From an uncultured Verrucomicrobiae bacterium (GTDB lineage: Bacteria > Verrucomicrobiota > Verrucomicrobiia > Chthoniobacterales > UBA10450), in the NCBI GenBank assembly GCA_963801815.1, contig CAWDGJ010000002.1, positions 224,001-288,000 of the forward strand: a stretch of DNA of 64,000 nucleotides, written 5' to 3'. Positions 52,463 to 63,054 of the stretch are shown here, in pieces. Positions within the stretch are counted from its first letter, which is position 1. Each line of letters opens with the position of its first letter. The notes beneath the pieces were generated by a model. It searched no databases. It was not told the origin of the DNA and worked only from the letters and a program-made list of their open reading frames with translations. The translations under genes were made by a program, and so were the position numbers.

Positions 52463-53517
52463 TGTAATAATGGGAGTTTGTTGAATTTTATCCAAATGCT
52501 GTGCGACCTCATCCCGAAACACGCGCGTAAGCTCGCCATCGTGAAGAAGAATCATGTCTGTGTCGTGGTTCTTGACGATCGTCATTTTGCCAGCCTTCGT
52601 TCCACCAGCAAAAACCGACAATCGCCGGCCAGCGATTTGAAAATAAGTCGTCGAGCGCGCTGCGCGTCCATTTCACGACGCCCACATGCCGATTGTGCAA
52701 ATCGCAACCGAACTCGGCGACGATAACGGGCTTACCGGGCGCAATTTTGGTTAACCGCGGATAAGCTTCATCAATCTTAAACCGAAAGGTCTCAAGACCT
52801 TCATCCGTCCGGGGCGCGAGCGGCCCGTAGGCGCTGATTGCCACCCAATCGCAATAATCGATTCCTGGAAAATAATTTTCGAACGCGTTCCATTTTCGTT
52901 CCGGTTCGTCGTACCAGTTCACGTGCCAGACCCAGGTCAGATTATCTGCGCCTTCCGCCCGCATGATGTCGACAATGTGCCGGTAGGCTGTGATGTAGCG
53001 TTTAGGTCCTTCGATCGCGCCGCCGTTCCATTTTCCGTTCCAGCTGAACCATTCGCCGTTTGGCTCAGTTCCCCACTCGATCAAAATTGGCGATCCAAAA
53101 GTTTTCGCGTCGCGCGCCCATGCCCGAAGATCGACATCGAAGTCGCCGGCTATGATTTTCTTCAAGTGAAAACTTCTTGTCGTCGTGGCCTTGATCCACA
53201 TCGGAGCGAAGCATTAATCGGATGTAAGGAATCTTGCCAGCGTCGCGGATCCAACCGCACGTCTCGGCTGGAAATTTTCGGGATTCGAACCAGTTGTCCG
53301 AAAAATAAATCCACACGGTTTTGGCGCCGACCGCTTCTTCGTAGCGCACCACGTCCGCCGCCGTGACATCGTGTTCGGTCGGATCGTGGGTGTCAGTGCC
53401 GACGCCTCCCCAGTAAAAGCCATGGTAAAGCTTTCCAGGCGGCGGCGGCTGAATCTTCGGAGGCTGAGCCTGTAAAGCGAGAATGCAGTTGAAGAACGCC
53501 GCCAGAAAAATTTTCAC
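52442..53517 (-). CDS. Glycoside hydrolase family 26-like protein (two frameshifts)
   Basis: IIAGDFD, EPNGEWFSW, WVWH, YFPG..YCDWVAISAY, GKPVIVAEFG; signal peptide; ends approximate. Confidence 0.8.
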
Positions 53518-53524
53518 CGACAAA

Positions 53525-53587
53525 CTGTAGCGGCGATGGCTCATCGCCGAAAGCAACCCATTTGGCGATTGCACACCGTCGCTACAG
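53525..53587. repeat. GTAG-type REP doublet
   Basis: CTGTAGCGGCGATG..CATCGCCG ... CGTCGCTACAG. Confidence 0.65.
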
Positions 53588-53607
53588 GAGCATCAGGTGG
53601 GGTTCGA

Positions 53608-54064
53608 TTACATTTTTCTTTTGGCGTCTCGCAATTGCTTCACTCGATCGTGCGCGCTTTTGATTTCGATGAATTGACAGGAAACGATTTCGCGCACCTG
53701 CCCCGTCAGTCTTTCGTGCAGCGCTTCCTCGAATCCGCACATGGCGGAATCCTCTCCGCGCTCACACTCCGTCAGGATCGCTTTGTCGTCTCTGCTGGTC
53801 ACGGTGGACTTCAAACTGATCCAGGCTCGATGCATTGCTCCGGCCGCTCTGATCCACTTTTTCGGCTTCAATTCGCCGAGACTTTGGGCCTGGGCCTGCA
53901 GTTCGCGTGGCAAAGCGATGACGCTGTTGCGAGTATTGCTCGAAAAGCGATTTGAGGTGCGGATCGCTCACAGCTTCAGAGGCTTCCTGGAAGCCCTTCT
54001 CGCCGTCCCTCAGTGTTTCGATCAACCCGTTGATCGTCGAAATAGCTTCTTGCGGTTGTGTCAC
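53608..54064 (-). CDS. PA2169/DUF2383 family ferritin-like protein (frameshifted)
   Basis: INGLIETLRDGEKGF, HRAWISLK, ILTECERGED, AHDRVKQLRD. Confidence 0.88.
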
Positions 54065-54157
54065 AGTACAACTGTTTCGCAGCTCGCGTGGGTTTCAGTT
54101 TTCAGAAAATTTTTCGGTGTCAGCTTGCGACACTCACTCATGCCGTTAGCGTGAATC

Positions 54158-54613
54158 ATGAATACAAAGGTGATAGGGAAAGATCTGACAAAGGAATCAC
54201 CGCGCAGTCCGCGCATTCGGGTTGGCGGTTACGCAATTCTCGGGCGAACACTCGACAAATGCCGCGCGCTGGTGGGCGGAAATATTGGCGAATACCACTT
54301 CGATTGTCCGCTCGACAACATGCTCTTCGGCTTCAAAGGCGTGAAGGGCGCCGATTTCAAAGCGCAAATCGAGAACGGCGCGAGCGATCAGCAGATGGTG
54401 GAATGGCTAAATCGTAGCGGCGAAACGAAAACGGCCGATGAAATCAAACGTTGGGCCGACGAAGTCACGGATAATAAACCTTACGACAATCCGGAGAAGC
54501 GCGAATGGTTTGTCGAAAATGTGAAACCGCTCGGACTCGATCCGAAAACGACGACGTTGTTCGATTGGCTTGAAGCTGACGATAAGGCCAGCTACGCCCA
54601 GAAAGCGGCGTGA
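54158..54613 (+). CDS. DUF5069 domain protein
   Basis: DLTKESPRSPR..GGY..LGRTLDKCRA...GEYHFDCPLD. Confidence 0.85.
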   Translation: MNTKVIGKDLTKESPRSPRIRVGGYAILGRTLDKCRALVGGNIGEYHFDCPLDNMLFGFKGVKGADFKAQIENGASDQQMVEWLNRSGETKTADEIKRWADEVTDNKPYDNPEKREWFVENVKPLGLDPKTTTLFDWLEADDKASYAQKAA

Positions 54614-54633
54614 GTTCAAGTAGACGGAGCTTC

Positions 54634-54721
54634 AGGTGGATCGAGCAGTCCCTTGCTCGATGCTGAGAATAGCGGCGAAGCCGCATGAATTAACATCGCC
54701 CGCGGAGCGGCCGATCCACCT
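54634..54721. mobile_element. MITE/REP-like element with GGTGGATCG termini (copy 2)
   Basis: Perfect terminal inverted repeat AGGTGGATCG/CGATCCACCT, between convergent genes. Confidence 0.7.
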
Positions 54722-54723
54722 TC

Positions 54724-56344
54724 TTACGTCTTGATGAACGGCGGCGGGACGTCTTCCGTTATCCCGGCGTCTTCGCCACGACGCAGCTTGCTGTGTCGAA
54801 CGCTGTAAAGGAAATAGATCGTCAGACCAATCGCGAGCCAGACAAAGAATCGAATCCACGTTTCGATCGGAAGACTCAGCATCAGGGCAAGACAAAACAG
54901 GACGCCCAGAATGGGAAAGACCGGCACCATTGGCACGCGGAAGGGCCGCGGACGATTTGGATCCTTTCGGCGCAGCACGATTACGCCGCAGCAGACAAGG
55001 ACAAACGCAAACAGCGTTCCGATATTCGTTAGGTCGGCTAACGAGCCGATGTCTGTCAGCATGGCAACGCCGCCGACAGCGATACCGGTCCAAATCGTGG
55101 TGATGTGCGGCGTGCGGAAGCGCGGATGAATGCGTGAAAAATATTGCGGAAGCAAACCATCGCGCGCCATCGCCATGAAAATGCGGGGCTGACCAAGCTG
55201 AAACACGAGCAAGACCGAGGTGAGGCCGGCGAGCGCACCGGCGCTGACCGAGCGCCTGCGCCCAGGGTTTGCTGGCAAAGGCCGTCGCCACCGCGGCGGA
55301 GTCACCAAGATAAACCGTGTATTTTTTGATGCCGGTGAGGACGGCGGCCATGAGGACATACAGCACGGTGCAGATGATGAGACTGGCGATCATCCCAATC
55401 GGCAAATCGCGTTGCGGATTCTTGGTTTCCTCCGCAGTGGTGGAGACGGCATCGAAACCGATGAAGGCAAAAAAGACAATGGCCGCGCCACTCATGACGC
55501 CGCCAAATCCACTGGGCGCAAACGGACGCCAATTTGTCGGATGGACCATGAAGGCGCCAAACGCTATGACGAAAACCACCACGGCGACTTTGATCAACAC
55601 GATGGTCGTGTTGGTGGTGGCGCTTTCGCGAATGCCGTAGATGAGAAGAACCGTCACCGCAGCTACGATCAACAACGCAGGAAGATCGACGGCGACGGGA
55701 TATCCGAAGATGTGCGGCAGCGTCAGCGGCGAATAGTACTGGGCCGATTCGCCGCCTTGTGAAATCTTGGTCGCAGCCGTGGCCGGATCGGTCACCAGCC
55801 AAAGCGGAATCTTAATGGAACCATGGCTCAAGCTGTAGATTAGTTTCACAAAATAATCCGACCAGCCTTTCGCTACCGCCATGTTCCCGACGGCATATTC
55901 GAGGATCAAATCCCAACCGATGATCCAGGCAATGATCTCGCCCAGGGTGGCGTAGGAGTAGGTGTAGGCCGAACCAGAAACCGGAATCATGGCCGCGAGC
56001 TCGCTGTAACAGAGGGCGGCGAAACCGCAGGCGATCGCGGCCACGACGAACGAAAGGGCGACCGCCGGTCCCGCCGCCGGCCGGCCAAAGATGAGGTCGG
56101 TATGGTGGACGAATGCGATGATGAAATTGAGCACCGGCGTTTTGACGATGGATTCGCCCACATGGGCGGCCTCGCCCGCTGCCGCGGTGCCGGCGAGCGC
56201 GAAAATGCCCGCACCGATGATCGCACCGATGCCAAGGCAGGTAAGATCAAGCGCAGTGAGCGAGCGCTTCATTCTGCGATCGGGCGCGGCGGCTTCGGCG
56301 ATCAACGCATCGGGACTTTTCTTGCGAAAAAGGTGAGAAGCCAT
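54724..56344 (-). CDS. APC family amino acid permease (frameshift near 55250)
   Basis: GIGAIIGAGIF, PVSGSAYTY, FAFIGFDAVST.AEE, MARDGLLP, NIGTLFAF. Confidence 0.93.
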
Positions 56345-56405
56345 GGCTAATTTTCGGTGAATCGTGTCATTGTGGCTTGGCGCTGGTCAACCGCGAAGTT
56401 GGGTG

Positions 56406-56471
56406 TTGTAGCGGTGCTTGTTCTCAAGCACCGAATTAATAGATAGGCGCTTGAGACAAGCGCCTCCACAA
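56406..56471. repeat. GTAG/GGAG-type REP doublet
   Basis: TTGTAG-CGGTGCTTG-ttct-CAAGCACCG ... GGCGCTTG-aga-CAAGCGCC-TCCACAA. Confidence 0.7.
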
Positions 56472-56505
56472 AAACTTGGCGCGGCACTAGCTGCTAAAGA
56501 TCGGC

Positions 56506-56718
56506 ATGTTCGTCTTCAGCACGGCGAATTTGATCGGGGGATTTGTCTTTGGCTCGATCGGGTTCGTTGCCTTCACTTACGGAAAACGCATGAGCCTGTG
56601 GAAGCCGATGTTTCTCGGCCTCGCGCTCATGGTTTATCCGTACTTCGTCAGCAACGATGTCCTGTTGTTCGCCGCCGGTGTTGCCGGCTCGGCGTCGCTT
56701 TGGTTCATGCGAAATTAG
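56506..56718 (+). CDS. Small hypothetical membrane protein
   Basis: 70 aa, hydrophobic; FGSIGF..F.YGK, LMVYPYFV. Confidence 0.7.
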   Translation: MFVFSTANLIGGFVFGSIGFVAFTYGKRMSLWKPMFLGLALMVYPYFVSNDVLLFAAGVAGSASLWFMRN

Positions 56719-56739
56719 CTGCGAAGACTTCGAGACAAA

Positions 56740-56773
56740 TAAAAAGCGGAGCCCGGATTTACGAGCTCCGCTT
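56740..56773 (-). terminator. Intrinsic terminator, possibly bidirectional
   Basis: AAGCGGAGC/GCTCCGCTT stem with an A-run, between convergent genes. Confidence 0.6.
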
Positions 56774-56793
56774 CAAATCGCCAGGGCGTGCCG

Positions 56794-57021
56794 TTATCTG
56801 CCGACGGCCATCCCGTTCTCTGTTTCGTGGATCGCACGATCGGTATTCTCAATCGCGCGAAGACGCCAGCCACCTTTGTTATGCTCCGCCGATTGAAGCT
56901 CGGCGCGGGCGGCGCGGAGATGTTCGAGCGCGCGGCGCATGTGTGGCTGGTCGGCGCGTGCAGTCGTGTTGAAAGCGGAAACGGCTATTAAAGCAATGAT
57001 CGTGGTGGTGAGTGTTTTCAT
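56794..57021 (-). CDS. Small secreted helical protein
   Basis: Signal peptide, then ADQPHMRRALEHLRAARAELQSAEHNKGGWRLRAI. Confidence 0.75.
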   Translation of the reverse strand: MKTLTTTIIALIAVSAFNTTARADQPHMRRALEHLRAARAELQSAEHNKGGWRLRAIENTDRAIHETENGMAVGR

Positions 57022-57121
57022 TTCAGCGATGTAAGTCGGATGCTTTCATACCGTCAAGTCAGGCATCGCCCCACAAGCCCGGCATGGACGCCGCCAGTAC
57101 AATTTTGTAACCTCCCTCGCC

Positions 57122-58317
57122 ATGTCGGACGAAGCGGCAAAAATTATCCTGGGTGACACCGCGATCTCCGCGATTGAGCGAAAATCCCAGCGCGGGTGGT
57201 TGAGAGGGCGCAAGACACGAAGAGCTACCACCCTTTACTCATTGCGAAAACTGCGGCACGCAACTGACCGGCCACTATTGCTCGCAATGCGGACAGGCCG
57301 CGATCGATTATCGCCGCTCTATTGGCCATGTTCTGCTCGATGTTTTGAACGAGTTCCTGAATTGGGATTCGAAATTCTTCAGCAGTCATCGGCCTTCTCG
57401 TGACCAGACCGTGGCGGCTCACAAATGAATTTGTCGGCGGCAAACGCGTCCGCCACGTCCATCCATTGAGGTTGTATCTTCTTGCCAGCGTCTTGTTTTT
57501 CTTCGCCGTGAATTACGGAGCGAAGGGGCTGCGCTTCGAACCTGGAAAAATCTCGTCGGACAAGCAAGCGGAAGTCGCCGCCGAAATCGAAAAAAAGCGG
57601 GATAAGATCGAAAAGGATCTCGACAAAGAAAAACTGACGTCCCGAGCAGCGTCGCAAGGCCGAGGAAGTCTTGGATTCTCTGACCAAGCCAAGCCCTTCG
57701 GCGACGCCTTCGGCCTCACCCAGCCCCGCCACCTCGCCTGACGGCTTCGGCGACAGTTTCACCGAGCAAAACCGGTAAGCGAGAATACGGAGCAGTCGGA
57801 GATCGGCCGTTCGTCGTCTTTGACGAAAACGAAAAATCATCGACACCGTTCGAACGCTGGCTGGAAGCGCGGGCCAAGGAAAAAATGGGCGAGCACGGAA
57901 CCAAGATGGGCCTCTTCCTCACCACACTCTTCAGCAATCTGCCCTTACATGATGCTCTGCTGCATTCCCCTGTTCGCGTTTGTCCTGAAACTTCTCTACG
58001 TCCGGCGGCGCATCTTCTACATCGACCACCTGATCTACGCGCTTCACATCCACTCGTTCTTCTACACCGGCATCATGCTGATCGTGCTCGCAACAATGGG
58101 ACTGAATCGCGCGATACCGGGAACGTTCGCCGACTGGGTGATCGCGCTGCTTTGGATCACGTTCGTCGTCCAGATTTTCCTGTCGATCCGTTATGTCTAT
58201 CGCCAGGGTTGGTTCATCAGCACGCTGAAATTTTTCACCGGCGGTTTCATCTACCTGATGGTGCTGTTCCTCGCCTTAGCCGCGACCTTTTTCATTACTC
58301 TCGCCATCCCATCGTGA
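57122..58317 (+). CDS. DUF3667 domain membrane protein (several frameshifts)
   Basis: N-terminal CENC..L.GHYCSQCGQ Zn ribbon in a shifted frame, PLRLYL, YIDHLIYALHIHSF. Confidence 0.8.
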
Positions 58318-58402
58318 ATAAAAAAATCCCGGCCCCAATTAGCCAAGGCAAGAATCCGAAGCTAATCGTAAAACACGCGCGAACGCCGAGCACGAGCGCA
58401 CC

Positions 58403-61378
58403 CTAGGAAGTCATTGCCGCCACCAGGCGGCCGTGCGCTTCCGTTAGCGCCTTGTCAATCTGGGTCACATCGGTGCCTGCGCCTTGCGCATTCTCGGCCC
58501 GGCCGCCGCCCTTACCGGCAACGATCGGCGAGATCTCCTGTATCAATTTGTTTGCCTGAATTTTCATGGTCAGCTCTTTCGGTATCGACGCGATCAGCGC
58601 CACGCGTCCTTCGGATTCGCCCACCAGGAAGATCGGGCCGCTGAATTGATTCTTCGCAACATCGACAACCGCCTGCAAAAGCTTCGCGTTGGCGTTTGGA
58701 ATCTTTGCGACGCAAATCTTCTGACCGGCCTTCGAGAAAACCAAATCGTTTGCGACTTGCGCGGCCTGCTTCTGCAGCTGCACATCAGCTTGTTTCGCGC
58801 TTTTCTTTTCCGATTCCCGAACCTCGGCATCCAATTTTTCCAACTGCGCTGCGCGCGCGTCGATCTGTCTTAGCATCTCGGCCGTTTGCGCCGTTTCCGC
58901 GAATACAGGCAACGACGCCAGGTCCGATTTCTTCCGGGACAAGATTTCAAATCGCTCCATCTGACGCTGTGCTTCTTCCTTCGCCCAAATCCGCGCCGCG
59001 TCGCCAGCCACAGCCTCAATGCGACGCGTGCCGGCGGCGATGGCTTCCTCTTTCACAATGCGAAACGCGCCAATCTCGCTGGTCGATCTAACATGGGTGC
59101 CACCGCACAATTCCATCGAGTAACCATTCAATTCTTTTGGATCACCGCCGACCTGAACAACGCGAACAAGGTCACCATACTTTTCACCGAAGAACTGCTG
59201 GATCTCTTTGCGCTTCTTCGCGTCCGCATATGGAACTTCAGTCCACGAAACCGGCGCGTTCTCGCCAATCTTCTCGTTCACTAACTTTTCCACATCGTGT
59301 TTCTGCTGCGCGGTCAGCGCCGCACTCGAAAAATCGAAAGTCAATTTGTCCGGGCCGACGTAGCTTCCCTTCTGCGTTGCGTCTTTGCTCACAACCTGAT
59401 GCAGCGCCCAGTGGAGCAAATGCGTCACCGTGTGATGCCCCTGAATTAATTTGCGTCGAGCGCCATCGATTGCGATGCGCACGGCTTCGCCGGGTTCCGG
59501 CGCGCGACCCTGAACAACCGCAGTTCGGTGAACAAAAACGTTCTCGCGCTTCTGAGTATCGAGCACGCGCAACTGACCGACTTCGGTCCGATCGTGACCC
59601 GGGACATGAAGCAGCCCGCGATCTCCAACTTGTCCGCCACTCTCGGCGTAGAACGGCGTTTGATCGAGGACTATGTTGAGCTCTTCGGCGTTCTTCCCCG
59701 GCAATACCGTTTCGACAACGGCCTCACTCTCCACGAAATCATAACCGAGAAATTTTGTCGGCGAAGCGTGGAGCATTCCCTCTTCAACCGTGATCGTTTC
59801 TTTTTTCTGAGCTTTCCTTGCGCGCTCGCGTTGCTCATCCATCAACTTTTCGAAGCCAGCGACGTCGACCGTCAATTCGCGCTCTCTAGCCATTAGTTCT
59901 GTTAGATCGAGTGGAAAGCCGTAGGTATCATACAATTTGAAGGCGTCTTCGCCGGACACTGCAGGGGTGGTAGTAATGAATTGGCGCCATTCGCCGGCGC
60001 GAACTTGTGATGCGTCTAAATCGATAACTGGCACCGAACCTTTGCTTAGCCAAATCGTAAACTCTTCTAGGTCGGGATCGGCTCGACCAGAATACTGCGT
60101 CTTAACATTATATCCCTGGGCTTTCGCAGCCTTCGCCATGCTGTCGAGTAGAACTTGGCCTTCAAATACTTCGATTCCTTTATCGAGGGTCTTATTAAAC
60201 GATTCTTCTTCGCGTTTGATCGTCTCCTTGATCTGTTCCTGTTTCGCGCGCACTTCGGGAAAGACGTCGCCCATAGTTTTCGCGACAATGTCGACCAGCT
60301 TGGAGAAAAACGGTTCGTGAAAGCCTAACGAACGGCCGTACCGAACTGCGCGTCGCAAAATGCGGCGCAACACGTAGCCACGCCCTTCATTGGACGGAAT
60401 GATTCCGTCGGCGATGGCAAAACTCAGGGCTCGGATGTGGTCAGCCACCACGCGAAAGGCAACGTCGACTGCGGACTGCGGATTGCGGATCGCGGAAAGG
60501 TTAGAATCAGGCAGCGTTGATGTGTATTTTTTGCCGCTGAGTTTTTCGATTTCGTCGAAAATGGGCCGAAAAACGTCGGTTTCGTAGTTGGAAACTGTTC
60601 CAGAAAAATCAGTCAGGTCTTTTGTTCCCTGAATAATTGCGGCGACGCGCTCGAAACCCATTCCGGTGTCGACGTGGCGCTGGGGCAAGGGCGTAAACGT
60701 TCCGTCCGGGTTGGCGTTAAACTGAATGAACACCAGGTTCCAAATCTCGATGCAGCGCGGGTCATTTTTGTTTACGAGCGCTCCGCGCGTGTCACCGTCC
60801 GGTGTAAGATCGACGTGCAGCTCCGAGCACGGGCCGCACGGCCCGGTGTCGCCCATCATCCAGAAATTGTCCGCCTTGCCGAAACCGCCGACGTGGATCT
60901 TCGGATCGAGATCGGCATCGCGAAACAATCGCGCCCAGTGATCATGCGCTTCCTGATCGAACTCGCTCGGGTCGTTCGGCCCAGGTTTGTAAACGGTGGC
61001 ATAAAGCCGTTGGGCGGGAAATTTCCAGCGCTCAACCACCAGCTCCCAGGCCCATTCGATCGCTTCCTTCTTGAAATAATCGCCGAAGCTCCAGTTGCCG
61101 AGCATTTCGAAAAACGTGTGGTGATATGTGTCGAGTCCGACGTCCTCGAGATCGTTGTGCTTGCCGCCGGCGCGAATGCATTTTTGGGTGTCGGCGACGC
61201 GGGGTGGTTTCCACTGCGGTTTTTGTTGTCCCAAAAAGATCGGCACGAACTGGTTCATGCCGGCGTTGGTAAAGAGCAGATTGGGCGCGTCCGGCAGCAG
61301 GGACGACGACGGCACAACGGTGTGCTTCTTCTCGCGGAAGAAATCGAGAAACGATTGCCGGATTTGGGCCGATGTCAT
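58403..61378 (-). CDS. alaS: Alanine--tRNA ligase with internal insertions
   Basis: LLFTNAGMNQF, HHTFFEMLGNWSFGDYFK, FKLYDTYGFP, HTVTHLLH, ELCGGTH, GKGGG. Confidence 0.98.
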   Translation of the reverse strand: MTSAQIRQSFLDFFREKKHTVVPSSSLLPDAPNLLFTNAGMNQFVPIFLGQQKPQWKPPRVADTQKCIRAGGKHNDLEDVGLDTYHHTFFEMLGNWSFGDYFKKEAIEWAWELVVERWKFPAQRLYATVYKPGPNDPSEFDQEAHDHWARLFRDADLDPKIHVGGFGKADNFWMMGDTGPCGPCSELHVDLTPDGDTRGALVNKNDPRCIEIWNLVFIQFNANPDGTFTPLPQRHVDTGMGFERVAAIIQGTKDLTDFSGTVSNYETDVFRPIFDEIEKLSGKKYTSTLPDSNLSAIRNPQSAVDVAFRVVADHIRALSFAIADGIIPSNEGRGYVLRRILRRAVRYGRSLGFHEPFFSKLVDIVAKTMGDVFPEVRAKQEQIKETIKREEESFNKTLDKGIEVFEGQVLLDSMAKAAKAQGYNVKTQYSGRADPDLEEFTIWLSKGSVPVIDLDASQVRAGEWRQFITTTPAVSGEDAFKLYDTYGFPLDLTELMARERELTVDVAGFEKLMDEQRERARKAQKKETITVEEGMLHASPTKFLGYDFVESEAVVETVLPGKNAEELNIVLDQTPFYAESGGQVGDRGLLHVPGHDRTEVGQLRVLDTQKRENVFVHRTAVVQGRAPEPGEAVRIAIDGARRKLIQGHHTVTHLLHWALHQVVSKDATQKGSYVGPDKLTFDFSSAALTAQQKHDVEKLVNEKIGENAPVSWTEVPYADAKKRKEIQQFFGEKYGDLVRVVQVGGDPKELNGYSMELCGGTHVRSTSEIGAFRIVKEEAIAAGTRRIEAVAGDAARIWAKEEAQRQMERFEILSRKKSDLASLPVFAETAQTAEMLRQIDARAAQLEKLDAEVRESEKKSAKQADVQLQKQAAQVANDLVFSKAGQKICVAKIPNANAKLLQAVVDVAKNQFSGPIFLVGESEGRVALIASIPKELTMKIQANKLIQEISPIVAGKGGGRAENAQGAGTDVTQIDKALTEAHGRLVAAMTS

Positions 61379-61453
61379 GACGTCGATTTTATAAGCTGCC
61401 ACTTAAACCACGAATGGACAGAATTGAACACGAATACATAGAATAATTCTCCG

Positions 61454-63053
61454 ATGCCCGAAAGTGCCGAGCCCAGTTCAGGCGCACGCCGCGAACTAAC
61501 CCTGCTGCTGGTGGCGTGGCTTCTCTTAGCCGCCTTCATTGTCTTGTTCGCGAAACAAAACCTGTCCGTGCCAGGACTTTATTACGACGAGGCCGTCTTT
61601 GCCGGACTAGCCAGGGATTTCGTGACCGGTCACGTCCACGGCCAGCACATGCCCGATCACGAAGTTATGACGCTCGCCGGACGGCCCTTTCCGATTTTCG
61701 TCCAAACGTATCTGGGCGCGCTCAAGTGCTGGATGTTGATCCCCGCGTTTCAGATTTTCGGATCGACCTTTGCCGTCTTGCGCGGAAGCAATCTGTTCTG
61801 GCAGCTCATCGCGCTCCTGCTGTTAATGCTTGGCGCGCGCCGATGGCTTGGACTCGGGACGGCCGTGATTGCCGGGGCGCTGCTGGCGTTCGATCCAACG
61901 TATTTTTTCATTTCGATGCTCGATTGGGGAGTCACTGTTCCGAGTTTTGTTTGCCGGTGCGCGTGCTTCTTGTTCGCGATCCGCTGGCGTCAAATGCACA
62001 AACCGAGGGATGCGTTCTTTGTTGGTTTGTTTGCCGGACTCGGATTTTTTAACAAAGCCGACTTCGTCATTTTTCTGATCGCGATTGCGCGCCGCTGCGC
62101 TGATTTGTTATTGGCGCACGCTCTTGGCGGTGATTCGAGAGCATTCGGCCTCTATTGCACTGGCGTGTCTCGGGTTCGCAATTGGCGCGGCGCTAATGCT
62201 GGTTCGAATTCCGCGAATGTTCACGCTCACGATTTCCGGTCCGCATCCGAACGCGCCCGGCGAGTTCGGCGTAAAACTCAAAACACTGCTATCGATGTAC
62301 GACGGCACGCATTTTTACCGACTGATGAATGTCGGCGGTGTGTTCGAGCGAATGTACGACGGTGTCGCCGGACCAAGAGCGGCCATCGGAATCGCGCTGA
62401 TGCTCGCCCTACTGACGTTTGCTTTCGTTTTTGACAAAAGTCTGGCTAACGCCCGGCGCATCATTTTTTTCATTGTCGCAGCAATCCTAGTCACGCTCGG
62501 AGTGTTTTTCCTGCCAGACGCAGTGCGGATTCACCATGCGGTTCTCGTGTTTCCACTGCCGCAACTCATCATTGCGGCAGTCATCGGCCTGGTTTGGAAT
62601 TCAGGGCGATTGCAGCGAACGACCGCTTTGGTCGCGGTGACCCTTGTTTGCCTCAGCGGCCTCCGCTCGATCGCGACTACCGAAAAACTGATTCAGGAAA
62701 CAGGCGGCCGCGGACGCTGGAGTGAGAGTCTGAATCAGTTCTGCCGAGAAAATCGGAATCGGTCCGATCTTACGATCGTAAGTCTGGACTGGGGATTTAA
62801 CGAGCAGCTCATATTTCTCACTGATGGCCCGCAGCTCTCGGAACCATTTTGGCAATTCAATCAAATGCTGCCGCAGCTGCCGACTGATGCCAATTACATC
62901 TATCTCGCGCATCCAGCCGAATACAGTGTCCTCAAATACGACGTTGCTTGCCTGAACCAATTGCAAAAAAGCGGCGCCAACGTGGAGATCACACCGCACT
63001 TGGATCGACAAAACGAAGTCGCGTTCTACACGATCCGCTTTCGACCGCAGTAG
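61454..63053 (+). CDS. GT-C fold glycosyltransferase (ArnT/PMT_2-like; frameshift near 62090)
   Basis: PGLYYDEA in the first loop, multiple TM helices, GLGFFNK. Confidence 0.75.
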
Positions 63054-63054
63054 A

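Noticed and set aside
53530..53587. Fluoride riboswitch (GGCGATGG...TCGCC)
   Set aside because: The sequence is part of a GTAG REP doublet, lacks the downstream pseudoknot motif, and has no fluoride-related gene downstream on that strand.
53608..54064. Avd/IVP-type four-helix-bundle gene driving the heptamer repeats
   Set aside because: Its motifs are those of the ferritin-like PA2169/DUF2383 family, and it is not flanked by heptamer arrays.
59960..60160. Intein in AlaRS
   Set aside because: Too short and lacks the N-terminal Cys/Ser and C-terminal His-Asn motifs.
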